Part shown: positions 59,018 to 64,000 of the stretch, one piece after another
Layout: each line of letters begins with the position of its first letter
Numbering within the stretch: the stretch's first letter is position 1
Position numbers and translations under genes: made by a program
Assembly (NCBI GenBank): GCA_963677925.2
Contig: CAXXYH010000004.1
Location: forward strand, 1,696,001 to 1,760,000
Reading direction: 5' to 3'
DNA: 64,000 nt
Source: Spirochaetia bacterium
GTDB lineage: Bacteria > Spirochaetota > Spirochaetia > UBA9216
Notes under the pieces: generated by a model
Databases searched by the model: none
What the model was told of the DNA's origin: nothing
Seen by the model: only the letters and a program-made list of their open reading frames with translations

Positions 59018-60829
59018 ATGAAAAGAAAACTCTTACCAGTCTTTTTTTCACTACTCGCAGCAGTCCTGTTAATCACAGGCTGTCTGAGCACTTCGAATCC
59101 GGAAATGGATTACACCGGTGACTTCACGCTTAAAATCATCGAGACAACAGACATGCACGGTTCGATCTTTCCCTATGATTTTATCAACGACAGGGAATCA
59201 AAAACATCGCTGACTCAGGTAATGAGCTATGTTACCGCGGAGAGACAGAAAGAAGGTCAGAAAGTCCTCTTTCTTGACAATGGAGATATCCTTCAGGGGC
59301 AGCCGGTAGTTTACTATTCAAACTTCGTAGCAACCGATAAGCAGCACATAGCAAGTCTTGTGATGAATTATGCCGGCTATGATGCCGGTTCTGTCGGTAA
59401 CCACGATGTAGAAGCCGGACATGCTGTTTATGACAAGCTGATAGATGAGTTTAATTTCCCATGGCTTGCAGCTAATGTAATTGATAAATCAACAGGTGAA
59501 CCCTATTTCACCCCCTATACAATAATCTGGAAGGGCGGAGCTAAGATTGCCGTGCTTGGCATGTGTACTCCGGGTGTTCCCACCTGGCTGCCGGAAAACC
59601 TCTGGGAAGGTATGGAATTCAAGGGAATGGTGGAAACCGCTGAAGAATGGGTTCCGAAAATCCTTGCAGATGAAAAACCTGACCTGCTTATAGGTCTTTT
59701 CCATGCCGGAACAGATTTTACATACGACGGTTATGCAGAAGGCGATGTTCTAAATCCGAATGGTGTTGAGCTTGTGGCTAAGGCTGTATCAGGATTTGAT
59801 GTAATACTTACCGGACATGATCATCAGTCACATAATTACACGGTTAAGGATCCTTCAGGAAATGAAGTTTTAATTGCAGGCGGAACAAATGCAGCACGAA
59901 GTATTGCTTCTGTAAGTGTAAAAATGAGTTATGACAAGGCGTCAAAGTCCTGGAACAAGGATATAAGTGCAGAGGTCATAGAGGGTGATACCCTGGCTGT
60001 GGATGCCGCATTTGCTGCAGAGTTCGAAGGTGTAAAGCAGGAAGTTAAAGACTTTGTTGCAAAGCCTATAGGTGAATTTACAGCAACAATCGGTACTAGA
60101 GAAGCCATGTTCGGCGATTCACCCTTTGTTGATCTTATACACAGGATTCAGCTTGAACTCACCGATGCAGATGTTTCATTTGCAGCACCTCTTTCCTTCG
60201 ACGCCACGATTAAGGAGGGAAAGGTTTACGTACGCGATATGTTCAAACTTTATCAGTATGAAAATCTGCTGTACACAATGAACCTCACAGGTCAGGAGAT
60301 CAAGGATTTTCTCGAGTACTCCTACGCAAACTGGTTTGGAACCATGACCGATACTGATGACAGACTGATTAACTTCAAGCGCGATGAGGCTGGAAAGATG
60401 ATCTACAACGAAAGGTACTCATCATATGATACTGCAACCCGTTACTACAATTACGACTCAGCCGCCGGAATCGACTACACTGTCGATGTATCAAAACCAG
60501 CCGGTCAGAGAGTCGCAATCAAGGGTTTCTCAGACGGCAGAGCCTTTAAAATGAATGAAACCTACCTTGTAGCCATCAACTCATACCGTGCAAGCGGCGG
60601 CGGCGGACACCTAACCCGCGGCGCCGGACTCACCGATGAAGAGCTTGAAACAAGGATGATGTCTTCAACACTTCAGGATCTACGCTATTACCTGATGACC
60701 TGGATTGAAAAGGAAGGGACTGTAAAACCTGCAGCCATCGGCAACTGGTCAGTAGTACCTGCAGACTGGTGGAACAAGGCAAAGGCGGTTGACTATAAAA
60801 TTCTTTATGAAGGACTCATGGTAGACTGA
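59018..60829 (+). CDS. cpdB: 2',3'-cyclic-nucleotide 2'-phosphodiesterase / nucleotidase lipoprotein
   Basis: Lipobox ITGC; TTDMHG, DNGDILQG, GNHD, GHDH, YENLL, NSYRASGGG. Confidence 0.88.
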   Translation: MKRKLLPVFFSLLAAVLLITGCLSTSNPEMDYTGDFTLKIIETTDMHGSIFPYDFINDRESKTSLTQVMSYVTAERQKEGQKVLFLDNGDILQGQPVVYYSNFVATDKQHIASLVMNYAGYDAGSVGNHDVEAGHAVYDKLIDEFNFPWLAANVIDKSTGEPYFTPYTIIWKGGAKIAVLGMCTPGVPTWLPENLWEGMEFKGMVETAEEWVPKILADEKPDLLIGLFHAGTDFTYDGYAEGDVLNPNGVELVAKAVSGFDVILTGHDHQSHNYTVKDPSGNEVLIAGGTNAARSIASVSVKMSYDKASKSWNKDISAEVIEGDTLAVDAAFAAEFEGVKQEVKDFVAKPIGEFTATIGTREAMFGDSPFVDLIHRIQLELTDADVSFAAPLSFDATIKEGKVYVRDMFKLYQYENLLYTMNLTGQEIKDFLEYSYANWFGTMTDTDDRLINFKRDEAGKMIYNERYSSYDTATRYYNYDSAAGIDYTVDVSKPAGQRVAIKGFSDGRAFKMNETYLVAINSYRASGGGGHLTRGAGLTDEELETRMMSSTLQDLRYYLMTWIEKEGTVKPAAIGNWSVVPADWWNKAKAVDYKILYEGLMVD

Positions 60830-60853
60830 GTTTAACATTAGGAAAAAAATTAT

Positions 60854-60878
60854 GGGCCCGGTACTGCCGGGTCCTTTT
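60854..60878. terminator. Terminator between convergent genes
   Basis: GGGCCCGG-TACTG-CCGGGTCC followed by TTTT. Confidence 0.65.
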
Positions 60879-61482
60879 ATAAATATAACTCGTCGGACCG
60901 CAGATCTTCTCTGATGTTATACAGATCTTCAAGAGCTTTTCTCAATTCCATGACTCTGTTGTAGTTTTCTTTTGAAATACACCAGAGCAGTATATTCCCC
61001 CACTGTATTGTAACAGCTGTTCTGCAAAGTGATTCTGCTTCAGAAGAATTCAGTACTTCACCTTTTTTTTGAGCTTCTGTGATCATTGGAACAAGAATTT
61101 TTTCTATCTGTTCTGTCAGTTTTAAATTTGAGTTCGCAGGCTTATCTATAAAATGCTTTATTCGTAGGGCATATAACTCTGATTTTCTGTTGTTTTCAAG
61201 ATCTGAATATAACGCAAGATGTGTTCTGATAATTCTTTCTGATACATGTTCCGCTGAAAAAATCCAGGCCATTCTTTCCGGGGAATAGGATGAAAGTCTC
61301 CCGTAATATGCTGCAACAAGTTCTTCCTTTCCATTAAAATAATTATAAAAAGTGGAACGCCCGATACCCACTTTAGCGCAAATCCCGGCAATTGTTGCGT
61401 TTGCATATCCCATTTCGGTAATCATCTTTATACCGGTTTCAATTATTAAATTTTCAGTCACCTGCTGCTTTGTGATCATCAA
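60877..61482 (-). CDS. TetR/AcrR family regulator
   Basis: ICAKVGIGRSTFYNYFNGKEEL. Confidence 0.9.
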   Translation of the reverse strand: MMITKQQVTENLIIETGIKMITEMGYANATIAGICAKVGIGRSTFYNYFNGKEELVAAYYGRLSSYSPERMAWIFSAEHVSERIIRTHLALYSDLENNRKSELYALRIKHFIDKPANSNLKLTEQIEKILVPMITEAQKKGEVLNSSEAESLCRTAVTIQWGNILLWCISKENYNRVMELRKALEDLYNIREDLRSDELYL

Positions 61483-61511
61483 CCTGCCTTAAACACGGAG
61501 TTATTAGAGGA

Positions 61512-61536
61512 AGGGATCTGCCTTTGGCAGATCCCT
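61512..61536 (-). terminator. Strong hairpin downstream of the flavoprotein gene
   Basis: AGGGATCTGCC-TTT-GGCAGATCCCT. Confidence 0.55.
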
Positions 61537-61601
61537 GATTTCGAAAGAATTATATCATCATAACCCTCAGCCTACAATAACCTGATTTATCAGGGAGCGG
61601 C

Positions 61602-63539
61602 TTACTGTTTAGAGAGTGCTTCGATAGCTGCTGCCCTCAAAGCTTTGCTTGTTACTGTTGCGCCTGTTACTCCGTCAACAGCGTTGATATCCGCTTCAGA
61701 ACCTGCCCCTATAAACTGGGTAGGCATAGCCTCGATAGCCATTGATCCTATACCTGGAGTTTCATTGTTCTTAAGTATTTCAAAAGCAGTGATTTTGCCG
61801 CCTTCAATAGTGGCTCTGATTACGAGATCTCCGCCCATTCCGTCCCCGATTCCGATATACTGATTTTCACCAGTCTCATAGACAACATCCTGGTTGATAT
61901 CTGATTCGTATCCGGGTACATAAACGAGCTTTGATTCAACCTTTTTCCTCTGAACATATTCAGGGAGCGGTTTCTTATTTTTAGCTGCATTCTGACCGGC
62001 AATCTTTCCAAAGATTATGGTTTCTGCCATGTTTCCGCCGGCAGTATACATATTGCTTGTTATGCCACCGAACTCACCGGCAGAGTAAAGATGCGGGATT
62101 GGCTTGTTATTGATATCAAGTATTTCAGTCCTTTCATTTCTTTCAGGACCACCCTGGGTATTGAGAATGTTCGGAACAACTCTGATAGCATAATACGGGC
62201 CTTTACCGCTGAATGCAGCCATATTTCGTGCAGCACGTCCGAGTTTAAGATCTTCGCCTGTCTTTGCAAAATTATTATAAAGACTTATTTCCCTGCTTAA
62301 TCCGGCATAATCTATACCGGTTTTACTGCAGAGTTCTTCAATGGTGTTTCCTACTACTGCTTTCTCATCAATAATTGCAGGAGATACAGTTCCTCGGGCA
62401 TAAAGAGTGTCAAGCGCCATCAGCTCTTCATATTTTGCCTGATCGAAAACAAGATATGCATGTTCAGGTCTTTTAGGTGTTACCCATACTCCTCCCAGTG
62501 AGACATGACCGTGACGGGCACTCTCATCTTCTCTGAGGAATCTCTGACCGTTTTCACCTACATAAATCAGGCTGCCGGTTGCGAATGCATTACTTACAGT
62601 CCATCCGTGCACGCCTTCAAAAGCAACATTTCCGAAAGGCCCCATGCTTCCTTCGTAAACTTCCATGTGCCAGAGTTTTGCACCGACTTCTGTAGCCATG
62701 GTAATACCGTCACCGGTATTGTATGGTGATCCAGAGAATACGTAATCTGTGAGACCGAGAAAGTTTTCAATCATCTCGCGATTGTTTTCAAAACCTCCGA
62801 GAGACATAACAACACCGTTTATTGCACGTATATTCAGTTTTTCACCATTTCTTTCAACAACAACACCGATGATAGTTTTTGTTTCCGGTTCCTGGATCAG
62901 CTTCACTGCAGGAGATTCAAACCATACATCGACATTTGAGTATGATTTCGCTTTTGAGCTAAGCAGTTTATAGAGTGCACTGTTTCCAACATCGGTTCTT
63001 GATAATGAACTGATGTTTACCGCATCAGCACCCTCAAACTCAGGATATTCACTCATGTACATCTGAATCCCTGTAGAGCGCCATTTGAAAATATTTTCCC
63101 TAACTGCTCCAAAATCATTTACAAGCTGATCATAGATGTTTGCCATACCTTTTACATAAGTCTCAAGCATCGTCTCTGAAACGGTTGTAGTTTCACCGCC
63201 CTTGATTTTGTAGTGCTTTAGCAGGCTGTCATAGTCGTCTGTTGACATGAAAAACTGACCGCAGACCCTTGAATTTCCGCCTTCATGGCCCTCAGGTGCT
63301 TTTTCTGCAATAAGGACATTGGCGCCTTCTGCCGCGGCATACTGGGCAGCTACCGAACCTGCACCTCCGAAGCCTATTACTACAACATCGTATTCTCCAT
63401 CCCATGCAATAGTATCTGCATAGGTAAATACATTTTTGGAAGCGTCCCTTCCTGCTGTCTGTGCTGTCTGAACACATGCTGATACCATCAGAATAATAGC
63501 AGCAACAGCAAGCATTTTAAATGCTAAATGCTTTTTCAT
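61602..63539 (-). CDS. Lipoprotein FAD_binding_2 (flavocytochrome c-like) oxidoreductase with a C-terminal FMN-binding flavinylation domain
   Basis: Lipobox VSAC; GFGGAG, GGNS, NTGDG, NTQGG, LYSAGE; ETPGIG and DGVTGATVTS. Confidence 0.9.
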   Translation of the reverse strand: MKKHLAFKMLAVAAIILMVSACVQTAQTAGRDASKNVFTYADTIAWDGEYDVVVIGFGGAGSVAAQYAAAEGANVLIAEKAPEGHEGGNSRVCGQFFMSTDDYDSLLKHYKIKGGETTTVSETMLETYVKGMANIYDQLVNDFGAVRENIFKWRSTGIQMYMSEYPEFEGADAVNISSLSRTDVGNSALYKLLSSKAKSYSNVDVWFESPAVKLIQEPETKTIIGVVVERNGEKLNIRAINGVVMSLGGFENNREMIENFLGLTDYVFSGSPYNTGDGITMATEVGAKLWHMEVYEGSMGPFGNVAFEGVHGWTVSNAFATGSLIYVGENGQRFLREDESARHGHVSLGGVWVTPKRPEHAYLVFDQAKYEELMALDTLYARGTVSPAIIDEKAVVGNTIEELCSKTGIDYAGLSREISLYNNFAKTGEDLKLGRAARNMAAFSGKGPYYAIRVVPNILNTQGGPERNERTEILDINNKPIPHLYSAGEFGGITSNMYTAGGNMAETIIFGKIAGQNAAKNKKPLPEYVQRKKVESKLVYVPGYESDINQDVVYETGENQYIGIGDGMGGDLVIRATIEGGKITAFEILKNNETPGIGSMAIEAMPTQFIGAGSEADINAVDGVTGATVTSKALRAAAIEALSKQ

Positions 63540-63561
63540 TGTGATTCTCCTTTTGAAAAAA

Positions 63562-63625
63562 TAGACAGTGTCTAAAAAAATAAGATATTGTGTGAATTAT
63601 AAGTGCAGTGTTTTATATTTGTCAA
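63562..63625 (-). promoter_or_regulatory. Consensus sigma70 promoter plus palindromic operator
   Basis: Minus strand TTGACA (63625-63620)-18 bp-TATAAT (63601-63596); TAGACA-G-TGTCTA at 63562-63574. Confidence 0.7.
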
Positions 63626-63747
63626 TCAAAATTTATCTATATAAAATGATTTAATTAACTATATATAAAAAGAATTTGACTTATCTTAAAGACACTTCAC
63701 ATATGGAGTAGACAATGAAAAGTGATGTATTTTCAAACTTGAATTAA

Positions 63748-63999
63748 TCATCGTTCGCTCAGCGGCACACCACCGCTTGTCAGCGAGTATTTGCAGAACT
63801 CAAAAACATCAAACCATGAATGCTGGGCTACAGTGTAGGGAAGACCTCCCCTGTCATACTGAATATCGTACAGCAGTGTAGACAGTGCTACCTCAATTCC
63901 ATGCATAATAATAAACTGAGCCGATTGCTCTCTGACAATATCAGTTACAATATGCAGACCGGTAAAGGCGACAATATCAGTGATTCTTGCAGGCCATAC
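63748..63999 (-). CDS. C-terminal fragment of a possible CPBP (CAAX/Abi) membrane protease
   Basis: Open frame from the window edge: ...AFTGLH...YDRGGLPYTVAQHSWFDVF...*; resembles the CPBP FxxxH and HxxxN/D motifs. Confidence 0.45.
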   Translation of the reverse strand, partial: VWPARITDIVAFTGLHIVTDIVREQSAQFIIMHGIEVALSTLLYDIQYDRGGLPYTVAQHSWFDVFEFCKYSLTSGGVPLSER

Positions 64000-64000
64000 A

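Noticed and set aside
1-64000. CRISPR arrays, tRNA/rRNA, IS elements, prophage or defence systems
   Set aside because: No regularly spaced repeat-spacer units, RNA gene signatures, or transposase, integrase or phage motifs were seen by eye; a covariance-model scan was not run.

Overview
Gene-dense chromosomal window from an anaerobic bacterium, probably a free-living spirochaete (inferred from the lipoprotein signal style, MCP content and gene repertoire). I found no rRNA, tRNA, CRISPR array, transposase or phage genes. Housekeeping and accessory content includes a partial AlaX editing protein, patatin, glutaredoxin, a split MetH followed by a rubredoxin missing from the ORF track, mgsA, radC, two Hsp20 genes behind a sigma54-type promoter, and cpdB. 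The most notable loci are: (1) a TetR-controlled operon (8.5-13.5 kb) with a HemL-like PLP enzyme, a FucA-type aldolase, an FGGY kinase and an FLVCR-like MFS, which reads as an undescribed amino-polyol catabolic route; (2) a 13-gene Mrp-Mbx/MBS-like respiratory complex (23.5-34.7 kb) with a fused double antiporter subunit, a Ni-free NuoD-like subunit, a NuoI-GltD fusion and a ferritin-like gene; (3) maoC-bcd-etfB-etfA with a ferredoxin-fused EtfA; (4) a divergent DeoR sugar or sugar-acid cluster containing a cupin PGI and an AroE-fold dehydrogenase; (5) a flavinylated lipoprotein reductase with a non-fumarate active site; (6) a frameshifted remnant of an Fe-S/MCP sensor. All family assignments come from motif recognition by eye; no searches were run.
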